From NCBI GenBank assembly GCA_016192455.1, contig JACPUC010000008.1, positions 124,001 through 188,000 on the forward strand: DNA of 64,000 nt, given 5' to 3'. The notes beneath the pieces are model-generated. The model was given only the letters and a program-made list of their open reading frames with translations, did no database searches and was not told the origin of the DNA. This document shows positions 28,649 through 38,613 of this stretch, in pieces. The stretch comes from Candidatus Tectimicrobiota bacterium. Its GTDB lineage: Bacteria; JACPUC01. The position numbers and the translations under genes are program-made. Numbering within the stretch: position 1 is the stretch's first letter; the number at the start of each line of letters is the position of its first letter.

Positions 28649-29926
28649 TCACGGGACGGCCTTAGAGCGGTCGCGCGGCAACACCGCCGGCGCGCGCCGC
28701 ACGTAGCGATAGCACGTCACCATGCCGAGGGCTGAAAACATCAAGACCTGCGGCATGATGGGGATTTGATAGCGCGACGTGGAGAAGAGGAAGGTATGCA
28801 CCAACGCCGTATAGGCAAACGGAACGGCAAGGATCAGCCAGGTTCGCCAGGCGCCGCGTCCAGCGACAAGGCCGACGCCCGCCAGGGCAAGGAGGAAGAG
28901 GTTGATCCCAAGCAGCATCCCTTTGATCAGCAGGCGCAGGTAGTGGCCGTCACGCCAGGTCTGCGTGAAGCTCCTCTCCAGCCCCGCCACCATATTGCTG
29001 TGGCTGCCGATCCAGAATCGGAAGAAGCGCTTCGCCGACATCAGCAGGTACGTGCCCGGATAGTCGCGCAGGTTGCGCAGCCCGGCGACGGCGAGGGCGC
29101 GATCGCGCTCCCAGGGGGAGAGGACTTGCGTCCTCTTCATGGTCTCATGCTCGCGCCACTCCTGCCAATCTTCGGGATAGGTGGAGAGCCAGAGCGTCTG
29201 CCCGAAATCCGTCGCCAGGTAGAAGCGGCGAAACTCCGCGTAGTTGCGCGCCAACCCAAGACCCAGGACGATGAAGAAGGCAAGGAACAGCGGCCCGGTG
29301 CGCCGCAGCGTCAGCCGCAGGCCGCGCCAGCAGAGCGCCAGGGCCGCGGCGAGGAGGAACGGCAGCGGCAGGAACTCCGCCCGCGTCAGCGTGGCGACGG
29401 CGAGGACCGCACCCGCCGCCACGGCTGCGGACGCACGCACCTGCTGCGGGAACGCCACGCAGAGCATCAGCGCCCAGGCGAGGAGAAACGTCAGGAAGGA
29501 CTCGCTGAGGAACTTCCCGCTGTAGAAGAGGAACGGCGGGTAGAACGCCGCCAGGATGGCGGCCGCCCCGGCGGCGGAGCGCCCGAAGAGCGGCTCCGCG
29601 GTTCTCCAGACGAAGAGCGGCAGAAGTCCGAGAAGGACCGCCTGCCCAAGCCGGATTGCCAGGAGGGGGCGTCCCGGCGAGATCGACATGAGGAGCGCAA
29701 GAAAGGCGGGGTACCCCACGCCGCGCAAGGTGGTGCCAAGGGTGCCGTCGTGCTGGAGGTTGCGGGCGAGTGCGAGATAGTCCCCCTCATCAGCGCTGGA
29801 GGCTTGCTGGAGCACCAGCGTCGCATACAGCACTTTCAGCCCGATGCTCAGGAGGCAGAGGAGAAGAATGAGCCTCAGCCAACTCCGCGAGCTGCTCCTC
29901 TCCTTGACAGCCGCTTCAGAAACCAC
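28649..29926 (-). CDS. ArnT/PMT-like (GT-C fold) glycosyltransferase
   Basis: DE..Y..LA.NL, R..GYP.FLA, SE, LTR, RNY and RY motifs. Confidence 0.8.
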   Translation of the reverse strand: MVSEAAVKERSSSRSWLRLILLLCLLSIGLKVLYATLVLQQASSADEGDYLALARNLQHDGTLGTTLRGVGYPAFLALLMSISPGRPLLAIRLGQAVLLGLLPLFVWRTAEPLFGRSAAGAAAILAAFYPPFLFYSGKFLSESFLTFLLAWALMLCVAFPQQVRASAAVAAGAVLAVATLTRAEFLPLPFLLAAALALCWRGLRLTLRRTGPLFLAFFIVLGLGLARNYAEFRRFYLATDFGQTLWLSTYPEDWQEWREHETMKRTQVLSPWERDRALAVAGLRNLRDYPGTYLLMSAKRFFRFWIGSHSNMVAGLERSFTQTWRDGHYLRLLIKGMLLGINLFLLALAGVGLVAGRGAWRTWLILAVPFAYTALVHTFLFSTSRYQIPIMPQVLMFSALGMVTCYRYVRRAPAVLPRDRSKAVP

Positions 29927-30022
29927 CGCCCTGCTCCACCCCGGCAGCCGGACCCCGGGACGCGTTTCTTTTCACCCACGCCGGCAAAAAGCGGCTCCCC
30001 CCGCAGCGGCCGCGCGCCATCG

Positions 30023-31363
30023 TTACCCCAGGCCGATGAGCCTCGCAACGCCGCGAAGTGCCGGGAAGATCTCCTCCCAGTAGAAATAGCCCAGGGCGTT
30101 CGCCACCGCCCAGAGACCAACGCCGGTGGCAACGACGGGCCGCGCCAGCCGTTCCGCGAGAACCCAGCCGGCGTACGCCGCCAGCAGGATCAAAAACGCC
30201 TCGATGCTGTAACGGTAGCGCGGCTCGCCGAAGAAGAGCATGGCGATGACCAAGTAGTGGACCAGGAGCGCCACGAAGAGCAGCGGCAGCGTGTTGGCGC
30301 GCCCTCGCCGCAGCGCCAGCACCGCCCCCAGCAGGGCGAACGGCAGCATGAAGCTGTAGAAGGCGTTGAAGAGGACGCGCACATCCTCGTTGTAGACCGC
30401 CATCAGCGTCAGGAGCTTCTTGGTGAAGAGCTTCGGCAGGCTGCCGGGATGGCGGCGCCAGAACTCCACGCCCAGCCGGTAGTACTCCCGGTCGCGTTGC
30501 GCCTCGGGCAGGGCAGCCAGCCTCAGCTTGTCGGCCGGGGTCAAGTCCTCGCCGACGTGCCCCCTTCCCCCCGTGTTGTTCCCCAGGTAGAAGTTTCGCC
30601 CTCCCATGGTGGCAAGCGCCACGAAGCGTCCGTGGACGTAATAGTTCCGCACCATCCACGGAGAGAGCACCACGAGCATGGCCGCCGCCACCAGGCCGCC
30701 GTGCAGCAGCGCTGCCTTGTAGCGCGGCGCCTCGTGCCAGAGGATGAGCAGGAGCGCGAAGATGAGGAAGGGGGCGACCTCCGGGCGCGTCAGGGCGGCC
30801 AGGCCGAGGAGTGCCCCCGACGTCGGCCACCACCAGGCGCGGCGACTCCGCAGCGCCGCCAGGAACGCCAGGCCGAAGCAGACGAGGAGGAAGCTCAAGA
30901 AGTACTCCGGGAAGAGCGAGCCCGGTCCGCCGTAGTAGTAGTAGTGAATGAAGGGCTGGTAGATGACGGCGAACCCTGCCGCCGTGAGGCCGATCTGCCA
31001 GTTCCACGCCAGAAGGCCGAGGCGGTATATCAGCAGGCAGGCGATAGTCCCCAGGATGGCCTGCGCGATGCGCAGCACCACGTGGTTGACGCCGAAGACA
31101 CAGTAGATGGACGCCTGAAAGATGGGGTACAAGGGCACCCGACCCGAGCTCGGCCGCGCGGGACTGACCTCGGGCGACGTCTCCGAGACCCCGCGCCCCA
31201 GGCAGAGATTCACGGCCATGGCTTGGTAGGTCTCCGCATCGCCGCCCAGCATGTAGGAGACGGGTTTCGCCCACAGCACCCCGAAGAGGAGGCGCAGCAC
31301 CAGCGCCACCAGCGCCATGCCCGCCAGGATGCGGCGCAGGCGACGCTTCAGCCTCGGAGTCAT
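30023..31363 (-). CDS. ArnT/PMT-like (GT-C fold) glycosyltransferase
   Basis: DA..Y..MA.NL, R.PLYP, LTRP, PW.VRNY, NFYLGNN and PRYR. Confidence 0.82.
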   Translation of the reverse strand: MTPRLKRRLRRILAGMALVALVLRLLFGVLWAKPVSYMLGGDAETYQAMAVNLCLGRGVSETSPEVSPARPSSGRVPLYPIFQASIYCVFGVNHVVLRIAQAILGTIACLLIYRLGLLAWNWQIGLTAAGFAVIYQPFIHYYYYGGPGSLFPEYFLSFLLVCFGLAFLAALRSRRAWWWPTSGALLGLAALTRPEVAPFLIFALLLILWHEAPRYKAALLHGGLVAAAMLVVLSPWMVRNYYVHGRFVALATMGGRNFYLGNNTGGRGHVGEDLTPADKLRLAALPEAQRDREYYRLGVEFWRRHPGSLPKLFTKKLLTLMAVYNEDVRVLFNAFYSFMLPFALLGAVLALRRGRANTLPLLFVALLVHYLVIAMLFFGEPRYRYSIEAFLILLAAYAGWVLAERLARPVVATGVGLWAVANALGYFYWEEIFPALRGVARLIGLG

Positions 31364-31408
31364 CTCAGCCGCGTGCAAGCAGCGGCCCGGCCTTGCCACG
31401 GCGCCCCC

Positions 31409-32623
31409 TCAGCCTCGCACCACGGGCAAGGCGTCGTAGATCGCTTCCAGCCCGGCGATGTAGCGCGACACGGAGAAGAGGTCCCGCACGCGCCGGCGTC
31501 CCGCCTCGCCCCAGCGCCTGGCCCGCGCGGGGTCCTCCAGCAGCTCGAGCATCGCCGCCGCCAGGGCGCGGCTCTCCCCCACCCCCACGAGGAGGCCCGT
31601 CTCGCCGGGTGCGACGATCTCCGGGACGCCGCCCACTAGCGTCGCCACCACCGGCAGGCCGGCGGCCATCGCCTCGAGAACCGCCATCGGCAGCGCGTCA
31701 TAGTGAGAAGGGGAGACGTAGAGATCGAAAAGGTGGAGGAGCCGCCCAACGTCGCGGCGCTCGCCAGGAAAGAGGACGTGCTTCGCCAGGCCCGCCGCCT
31801 CGAATTGCGCCCGCAGCCTGCGGCCATGTTCCGTCGCGGCGTTGCCGACGAGCACCAGCCTGGCCTCGGGGAAGAGGCGCACCACCTCCCCCAGCGCCGG
31901 CACCAGATCGTCCTTCCCCTTCCACGGCGCGAACGAGCCGATGCTGCCGATGACCGGCCCCGCCCCGATCAGGCCCAGCTCCTCGCGCAGCCCTGCTTGC
32001 TCCGACGCCCGCAGCGGCGCCTCGATGTCGGTGGCGTCCAGGCCGTTGTGAAGGACGCGGAACTTCCGCGCGTCGATGCGCTCCATCCCCGCGACATGCG
32101 CTCGCACCGCCTCGGCGCAGCAGATAATGATGTCGGTGCGGCGAGCGAGCCATTCATCGAGCCAGCGGTAAAGGAACGTCAGGCGCTTGCCGAAGCGGTC
32201 CGCGACGCTGTGCTCCTCGATGATCCGATGCGGCACCCCCGCCAGGATCGCCGCCAGCCGCGCATGCAGGTTGGCGAGGAAGAGGCTCGACTGCACCACG
32301 TCGAACCGCTTCGCCTTCAGGAAGCGGTAGAGCCGCCAGGCGGCGCGCAGGTTGTAGCTCTTGCCGCGGGTGTTGAGGCAGGTCACCGGCACGCCGAGGC
32401 GCCGCAGCTCCTCGCCGATGGCGCCCACCTCCTCAATGCAGCAGACCTCCACCTCATAGCGCTGCCGCGGCAAGTGCCGCAGCGCCATGGCGCGCACCTT
32501 CTCCGCGCCGCCGATGCGCAACGTCTCATGCACGAAGAGGATGCGCAGCCGAGGAACCTCTCCCCCGCACGAAGGCTCGCCACAGGGTTGCGGCAACGCC
32601 TCCAAGGGGGTACGCGATATCAT
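31409..32623 (-). CDS. Glycosyltransferase family 4
   Basis: GGAE, NG.D, KG and EAMAAGLPVVAT.VGG. Confidence 0.9.
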   Translation of the reverse strand: MISRTPLEALPQPCGEPSCGGEVPRLRILFVHETLRIGGAEKVRAMALRHLPRQRYEVEVCCIEEVGAIGEELRRLGVPVTCLNTRGKSYNLRAAWRLYRFLKAKRFDVVQSSLFLANLHARLAAILAGVPHRIIEEHSVADRFGKRLTFLYRWLDEWLARRTDIIICCAEAVRAHVAGMERIDARKFRVLHNGLDATDIEAPLRASEQAGLREELGLIGAGPVIGSIGSFAPWKGKDDLVPALGEVVRLFPEARLVLVGNAATEHGRRLRAQFEAAGLAKHVLFPGERRDVGRLLHLFDLYVSPSHYDALPMAVLEAMAAGLPVVATLVGGVPEIVAPGETGLLVGVGESRALAAAMLELLEDPARARRWGEAGRRRVRDLFSVSRYIAGLEAIYDALPVVRG

Positions 32624-32715
32624 CGATCCCTCACAAGAATCTCACTCGTTTCGAATCAAGCACGACGCGCCTACGCTCCACGGAGCCATCCACGCATGCC
32701 TGCGTTGAGAACATC

Positions 32716-34668
32716 TCAGGTTGGATTAGCCCTCCGCGCCTCCCATGCCCGCGATGGCACATTTGCGTACATCCCGGTAAGCTTCGTTAACGCAAGCCTG
32801 GCCGCTTCGTGTCGATTGATGTGCCCCTGCCAAATCTCCGGGACCCACGTCTCCCCGTAGTCGCGATAAACCTGAAAGAACTGCTCAAAATCGATGTCAC
32901 CCGTGCCGATTTGAACTCCCTCTCCTTCGATGCCTCGCGCATCGGCCACATGAACGTGCTTCACATAGGGTTTGAGCTTCTTGATGTACTCCGCAAACGA
33001 TACATGCATATACGTACAGGCCATCTGGGCATGCGAGAGGTCCAAACAGACTGATTGCCCCGTCGCCTCGCAGAATGCTATGAGTTCTTCCGCTTTAATG
33101 AAATAATGTCCCTTCCACTGACCTCCAAAATACCAGGGATTAGGTGGCATATTCTGAGCTACTAGATGAGTATTCCTGAGATCGAGGCTTTTGATGATCG
33201 CATGAAAGGCATCAGGGTCTATTTGTACATCGCGAAAATCATTCCTTAATGACATCGCCCCGACGTTGAAAACGATCAACGGAATTTCAGGCTTGAAGTA
33301 CCCTGAAAGCTCGGCGGTAAGATCAATGACACGCTGCAACGTTGCTCTTGAACGCGCGAGAATATCAGGATACTTCGAGCAAAGATCAAAGAGATTCTCG
33401 CCGATGTATTCACAGCAATGGACGCGAAGCGCGATCCGTGAAAGCTCCTGACGAAAATCGTTCAGCTTTTGATGGGGCGCCTCAAGAAGGGTGTCGTTGT
33501 AGGTTAAGTGAAACTCGAGGGCTTCGGGCGCATACGGCAGCGCCGTCTCAAAATCGTGATACCTGACGACGAATCCCAACCTTCCCCAATTAGGAGTGGC
33601 GACAGCCATCCCACGGTTGTCATCTACAAGGTCTGATTCATAGAAGATCGCATCTTTCTCGAAATCCCGCGGAGCGACCTTGCCGACGAGCTCCGGCATC
33701 CGCTGGCCGCTGAGGCCGATGCCCGGCGATTTGACTCCGACCATAGCTCGTTCGATCCGCTCTCCCTTCTTGATTGGCTTTAGGGCAACGACAGACTTAC
33801 GAAAGACCATCTTATTGAGCACCTCGCCCGGCAGAATATGGTCTCGTACATCAAGGATAGCCTCTTCGCACTCCCGCACGCTGGCAACCAGGCGCTTAAG
33901 CTCCTCCGGCAGCAGGGATATCTTATGATCCGGTCCTCTCATTTCCCTGTCGAGAGTTATGTGTTTCTCAATAATGCAGCAGCCCAGCGTTGTAGCAACG
34001 ATCGACAGGGCCGTACCGATATCATGCCCAGAATAGCCCACCGGCACTTGGTATTTATCAATCATATGGGTAATACGTCGAAGCTTCGCATCCCGAGGGT
34101 CCACCGGGTAAGCAGACACGCAGTGCAGAAGGGCGAACTGCGCGTCACGTTTTCTGAGGTGCTCGACGGTGCAGTCGATCTCACTCTCAAGACTCATCCC
34201 CGTAGACAACAGGAGGGGTTTCTGGAACGTCACGAGTTCGTCAATCAGCTCGAAGTTGGTGAGATCTGCCGATGCAACCTTGAACGCCGGGATGTTCATG
34301 CTCTGGAGGAGCGCTGCGCTGTGCGGGTCAAACGGCGTACACAGAAACACGATGCCAACCTCATCGCAATACCGCTTGATCTCCCACATCTGCTCAGGTG
34401 ACAACTCGTAGAGGTTCAGGATAGGTATGATGTATTGGAAAGCCTGCTCGCAATGGTTTAAGTTGGTCAAAACATTCGTGGTATAGATACTTTTAAGATG
34501 GCGTTTTTGAAATTTTACCGCATCGCAGCCGGCTTCCACGGCGACATCAATCAGACGCTTTACAATGTGCATGTCGCCGTTGTGGTTGATGCCGATCTCG
34601 GCAATGATGTAAACAGGATGATCGTTTCCCACCGAGCGATCGCCGATGCGAATCGTCGTCTGACGCAT
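32716..34668 (-). CDS. neuB: N-acetylneuraminate synthase family protein (NeuB + SAF + C-terminal xylose-isomerase-like TIM barrel)
   Basis: IAEIGINHNG, AVKFQ, HCVSAYP, GYSGHD and EKHITLD; C-terminal DLSH, H.HVAD, EG.QIG.G.IDF and PEIWQGH. Confidence 0.9.
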   Translation of the reverse strand: MRQTTIRIGDRSVGNDHPVYIIAEIGINHNGDMHIVKRLIDVAVEAGCDAVKFQKRHLKSIYTTNVLTNLNHCEQAFQYIIPILNLYELSPEQMWEIKRYCDEVGIVFLCTPFDPHSAALLQSMNIPAFKVASADLTNFELIDELVTFQKPLLLSTGMSLESEIDCTVEHLRKRDAQFALLHCVSAYPVDPRDAKLRRITHMIDKYQVPVGYSGHDIGTALSIVATTLGCCIIEKHITLDREMRGPDHKISLLPEELKRLVASVRECEEAILDVRDHILPGEVLNKMVFRKSVVALKPIKKGERIERAMVGVKSPGIGLSGQRMPELVGKVAPRDFEKDAIFYESDLVDDNRGMAVATPNWGRLGFVVRYHDFETALPYAPEALEFHLTYNDTLLEAPHQKLNDFRQELSRIALRVHCCEYIGENLFDLCSKYPDILARSRATLQRVIDLTAELSGYFKPEIPLIVFNVGAMSLRNDFRDVQIDPDAFHAIIKSLDLRNTHLVAQNMPPNPWYFGGQWKGHYFIKAEELIAFCEATGQSVCLDLSHAQMACTYMHVSFAEYIKKLKPYVKHVHVADARGIEGEGVQIGTGDIDFEQFFQVYRDYGETWVPEIWQGHINRHEAARLALTKLTGMYANVPSRAWEARRANPT

Positions 34669-34824
34669 TGATCTTTCCTCTCGTCGTTTCACGAAAGAAT
34701 CAATGCCCTGCAACCGCTGCAGGCATTGACCAGTGGCTGTTGTGAGACCCGGCGGCAAGTGAGCCGGAGACCGCTCTCCCAGGTCTGCGTGACCGCGGCG
34801 GTGCAACGTGGTTCCGTGCCGTCC

Positions 34825-35652
34825 CTACCATGCGGTCCATCCGCCGTCTACGACCAAGTTGGCTCCCGTCATGTAGGACGAGGCATCGGAAACGAGAAAG
34901 AGCAAGGCGCCGATATACTCGGCTCGCTCTGCCATGCGGCCGAGCGGCACCCGCGAACTGTAACGTTGCACGAATTCCGGGTGGTGGTCGCTGAACACGC
35001 CGCCCGGCGTGAGGGCGTTGACGCGGATATTCTTTCCGGCCCAGTAGGTGGCGAGGTACCGTGTCAGACCAAGAACGGCGCTTTTTGTCACAGGATAATC
35101 AACCGGCTTATAACCTTGCGGTTCAGCGTCCGAGCGTTCATACAACCGCTGATCCGGCCCTACGAGCCCATACATCGAGGAGACATTCACAATGACGCCG
35201 CGCCCAGCAGTGAGCATCAGCGGGGCCACAGCCTGGGCGCACAGGAACATCCCGGTGAGATTCACCGCCAGACTCTCGTTCCATAAGTCGAGCGGATAGT
35301 CTTCAAACCTCGAGATACGTTTTGAAGCCGACCGGGCGTCAAATGTCGGATCTATGGCGGCATTATTGACCAAGACATCCACCCGGCCAAACAGGGCGTG
35401 CGTTTTTTGCACCATTTCTTGTACGGACGGTTTCCGGGTCACGTCGGTTTCAATCCCCACGCACGTGACCCCGATGGCATCAGTAACTTCATGCGCCAGC
35501 CTTTCAGCCGCGTCGCCCCTGAGGTCGGCGACCGCCACGTGCGCGCCGGCTTCCGCGAGGGCGAAGGCGTACTCGCGGCCGAGCAGCCCAGCCCCCCCGG
35601 TGAGGATCACCGTCCGACCTTCCAAGCTGAAAAGCCTCGGCAGTCCGGCCAT
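34825..35652 (-). CDS. SDR family oxidoreductase (PtmA-like)
   Basis: TGGAGLLG, NNAA, SMYG, YPVTK and LVVDGGW. Confidence 0.9.
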   Translation of the reverse strand: MAGLPRLFSLEGRTVILTGGAGLLGREYAFALAEAGAHVAVADLRGDAAERLAHEVTDAIGVTCVGIETDVTRKPSVQEMVQKTHALFGRVDVLVNNAAIDPTFDARSASKRISRFEDYPLDLWNESLAVNLTGMFLCAQAVAPLMLTAGRGVIVNVSSMYGLVGPDQRLYERSDAEPQGYKPVDYPVTKSAVLGLTRYLATYWAGKNIRVNALTPGGVFSDHHPEFVQRYSSRVPLGRMAERAEYIGALLFLVSDASSYMTGANLVVDGGWTAW

Positions 35653-35653
35653 C

Positions 35654-36640
35654 TCAAACCTCTACGACGCGCCCTTCGCTCGCCGAGCGCTTCGCCGCCA
35701 CGGCGATTTCCAGTGCCCGCACGCCGTCCTCCAGGTTCGCTCCAGCCGCAACCTCTCCCTCGAGACACGCCAGGAAATGTTGCATCTCATCGAGGAACAT
35801 GGTGTTGCGCTCGAAACCCGGCGGGAGAGCATGGTGCGTCCACTGGCCGTCTGAGGCGCGGTAGCACGAGGCCTTCCCATTCGCGGCCTCCCAATAGATG
35901 GTGCCGCCGTGGCCCGTGATCTGCAGCCAGTGGCCGGGGGGGCGCTGCACGTAATCCAGGTGCACGGTGCCGATCATGCCAGACGCGAAGTGGAGGGTGA
36001 TCTCCGCCACGTCTTCCACGTCAAGTTCCAGGTCACTGAGGCGGCGGGTTACCGCCGACACCGCGTGGATCTCCCCCAGCAGCCAGCGGAGGTAGTCGAA
36101 GGGATGGCTCAAGGTCAAGACCACGCCGCCCCCCAGGTCGCTCCGCGCGCTATACCCCTGGCGGTAATCTTCGCCGGGATGCCAGCCCGGCAAGTACTCA
36201 CCCCAATGGGCATGGACGCTGCTTACCGTGCCGATCGCCTGCTCTGCGAGCCACTGCTTGATCTGCCGCAGCGCCGGGTGAAAGCGAAACTGATACCCCA
36301 CCAAGACCTTCAGTGACTTCTCTCTCACGATCCGAAGCAGCTCCGAGACTCGCTCCAACGTGTGGGAAACAGGTTTCTCGATCAGAAGGTGACAGCCGGC
36401 ATCGGCGGCCGGGATTGCGATATCAAGGTGAAGCGCCGTCGGATTGGCGACAATCACCGCGGTTGGATGGTGAAGTAAGGCCTTCCGCACCTCGGTTTCG
36501 ACGGGCAGATCGCTCACCTCCTCATCGCGAGAGGTGGAACGGCCTGAACGCAGCAGCAGGAGATCACGCATCCCAAGGTGCCGGAGATTTCGCAGGTGGC
36601 GGCGGCCGATCGATCCCACTCCCGCGATAAGGATGCTCAC
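35654..36640 (-). CDS. Gfo/Idh/MocA family oxidoreductase (PtmF-like)
   Basis: GVGSIGRRH, EKP, WHP.EDYR and GGGV.L.LSH..D. Confidence 0.9.
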   Translation of the reverse strand: MSILIAGVGSIGRRHLRNLRHLGMRDLLLLRSGRSTSRDEEVSDLPVETEVRKALLHHPTAVIVANPTALHLDIAIPAADAGCHLLIEKPVSHTLERVSELLRIVREKSLKVLVGYQFRFHPALRQIKQWLAEQAIGTVSSVHAHWGEYLPGWHPGEDYRQGYSARSDLGGGVVLTLSHPFDYLRWLLGEIHAVSAVTRRLSDLELDVEDVAEITLHFASGMIGTVHLDYVQRPPGHWLQITGHGGTIYWEAANGKASCYRASDGQWTHHALPPGFERNTMFLDEMQHFLACLEGEVAAGANLEDGVRALEIAVAAKRSASEGRVVEV

Positions 36641-36644
36641 GAAC

Positions 36645-37367
36645 TCAGAGGTCCTTGGCGGACGGAGGGGCTACCCGGAGCGCGGCATTGGTCAAATCGC
36701 GTTGGCTGTCGATGTCCACGTCATCGTCCGCCGACATGACCAGGGGAAGCATGCGCCGGCCGGTCATGGACCCCTGCTCCATCACCGTGCGCCAGCGGGT
36801 GATGTCGAGGTTGGCGTTCTGCCAGTAGACGGCCGGCAGAAGCTGCCGGGGCTGGTTGTAGGGCTCCTGGTAGGTCGGGTGGGTGAGGAGGGGCACGAGG
36901 TAGTCCCCCTCCAGGCGCCACATCTTGTACGGCGTGTGCGGGGCGGGGATGACGCTGCGCAGGGCGTCGGCCTCGGGGTGGGCGAGCAGGCGCTCGATGC
37001 CGGCGTCAATCAGCTCGGGTGGGCGCAGCGGCGAGGTGGGGCGCAGGTGCACGATGAGATCGGGCCGATAGCTCTCGTGCTCCCACAGCCAGTTCAGGGC
37101 GTGCTGGAAGACCTCGAGGTCGGTCGAGTAGTCCCCCGCCAGCTCCGCCGGGCGCAGGAACGGCAGCTCGGCGCCGGCCTGTCGGCTTACCTCGGCGATG
37201 CGCTCGCTGTCGGTGCTGACAATGACGCGCTCGATGAGCCGCGCCGCCAAGCCGTGCTCAATCGAGTGCACGACCAGGGGTTTTCCCTGAAACAGCAGGA
37301 GGTTCTTGTCCGGCGGGTTCTTCGAGCCGCCGCGCGCCGGAATAAGGGCAAGGACAGAGGGAGGCAT
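36645..37367 (-). CDS. neuA: Acylneuraminate cytidylyltransferase (CMP-nonulosonate synthetase)
   Basis: IPARGGSK, KN, VSTD, PFLRP.ELA, LRPTSPLR and DID. Confidence 0.88.
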   Translation of the reverse strand: MPPSVLALIPARGGSKNPPDKNLLLFQGKPLVVHSIEHGLAARLIERVIVSTDSERIAEVSRQAGAELPFLRPAELAGDYSTDLEVFQHALNWLWEHESYRPDLIVHLRPTSPLRPPELIDAGIERLLAHPEADALRSVIPAPHTPYKMWRLEGDYLVPLLTHPTYQEPYNQPRQLLPAVYWQNANLDITRWRTVMEQGSMTGRRMLPLVMSADDDVDIDSQRDLTNAALRVAPPSAKDL

Positions 37368-37374
37368 GGCGTGG

Positions 37375-38613
37375 TCAGGCACTAATCTCGTGGGTGATGA
37401 GGCGGTAGGCGGTCTCCACGGCGCGGCCGGTGAAGAGGCAAGAGTAGGCGCGGAAGACTTCGTCCGTCACCGGATCGGTCTCGCGGCACGCCGTCGCCTC
37501 CGCGCCCGCCCACGCCTCGATGCGCTTCAGGTAGGCGGCGTAGCTGTCGAGGAAGATGCTCTCGAAGAAGGAGAACTTTTCGCTGCGGGCCTTGCCTTCG
37601 AAGTTGCAGACGTAGACATTGCGCAGCCCGGCTGACCAGAGCTCGTAGATCGAGGAGGAGCCGAAGGTGAGGATGACGCGGCTCCTGAAGGCACTCTCCC
37701 AGTACCACGCCTCCGGGCCGAGCCACTCAACGCAGCCGGACGGCAGGCGCCGCTCGCGGGCGATGTCGGCGAAGATGGCCTGCACGTCCGCCAGGTCGTG
37801 GTGGCGCGCCCGCAGCGGATGGATCTTGATCACCACCCTGAACCCGGCCTCGATGAGGGGCAGGCAGAGCCGCTCGAGGAACACCTTCTGCTTCGCGTAG
37901 CAGGCCGCCTTGCCTTCGCCGAACTGCGTCACCACGCCGCGGTAGCCCCCCGGGTGGAAGAGGAAGGCCAGGGGTCGGGGGGGGCTGGCCGGCTCTGCCG
38001 CGGGCACGCCGCCCGACTGCGCTTCCTCGCCCGCCTGGCCGCCGCCGGCAACGCGCGCGTGCACCCGGTCGAGGTAGAGGAACGAGCAGGCCCGCAGCGC
38101 GTAGCCCTGGAAAATCTCGCTCACCCCGTGGGCCTGGGCAAATGGATGCTCCGAGAGGAAGAGGCTGGTCACCTCCGGCGCCTCGTCGGGCAGCGCGAAC
38201 CCGCCATCCACCCGCGCCACGAACGGCAGGTGCTGGTAGCCCACGGCGAAGGCCGGCACCTTCCACTCCGCCGCAACCTCCCGCAGCCACGGCAGGTCCT
38301 TCGTCGTCGCCACCACCGCGTCATAGCCGCCGTAGCGTTTGCCGCGATGGTAGCGCAGCCGGCCGCGCAGCTCCTCCCACTGCCGCTCGTAGTCGATGAG
38401 GCGCGCCACGTAGCGCAGCGCCTGCGGGTTGACGATCCCCACCGTGGTGGGGTGCCGCCGGATGCTGCCCTGGGAGAACCCCCACGACCAGCCGAGGAAC
38501 TGCGGGCGGTTGATGTGGTAGGCCACCTCGTGTCCCTGACCGGCGAAGTACCAGGCCAGCGGCAGGATCACCTTGGCATAGAGCGACTGGTGGTGCGCGA
38601 AGAGGAGACGCAT
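37375..38613 (-). CDS. Hypothetical GT-B-like protein, candidate nonulosonate transferase
   Basis: QH, KIHP and SSS..E motifs; immediately upstream of neuA. Confidence 0.6.
   Translation of the reverse strand: MRLLFAHHQSLYAKVILPLAWYFAGQGHEVAYHINRPQFLGWSWGFSQGSIRRHPTTVGIVNPQALRYVARLIDYERQWEELRGRLRYHRGKRYGGYDAVVATTKDLPWLREVAAEWKVPAFAVGYQHLPFVARVDGGFALPDEAPEVTSLFLSEHPFAQAHGVSEIFQGYALRACSFLYLDRVHARVAGGGQAGEEAQSGGVPAAEPASPPRPLAFLFHPGGYRGVVTQFGEGKAACYAKQKVFLERLCLPLIEAGFRVVIKIHPLRARHHDLADVQAIFADIARERRLPSGCVEWLGPEAWYWESAFRSRVILTFGSSSIYELWSAGLRNVYVCNFEGKARSEKFSFFESIFLDSYAAYLKRIEAWAGAEATACRETDPVTDEVFRAYSCLFTGRAVETAYRLITHEISA

Noticed and set aside
28766-31639. 957-aa plus-strand ORF
   Set aside because: Antisense to two ArnT-like genes; Arg/Ala/Gly-rich shadow composition.
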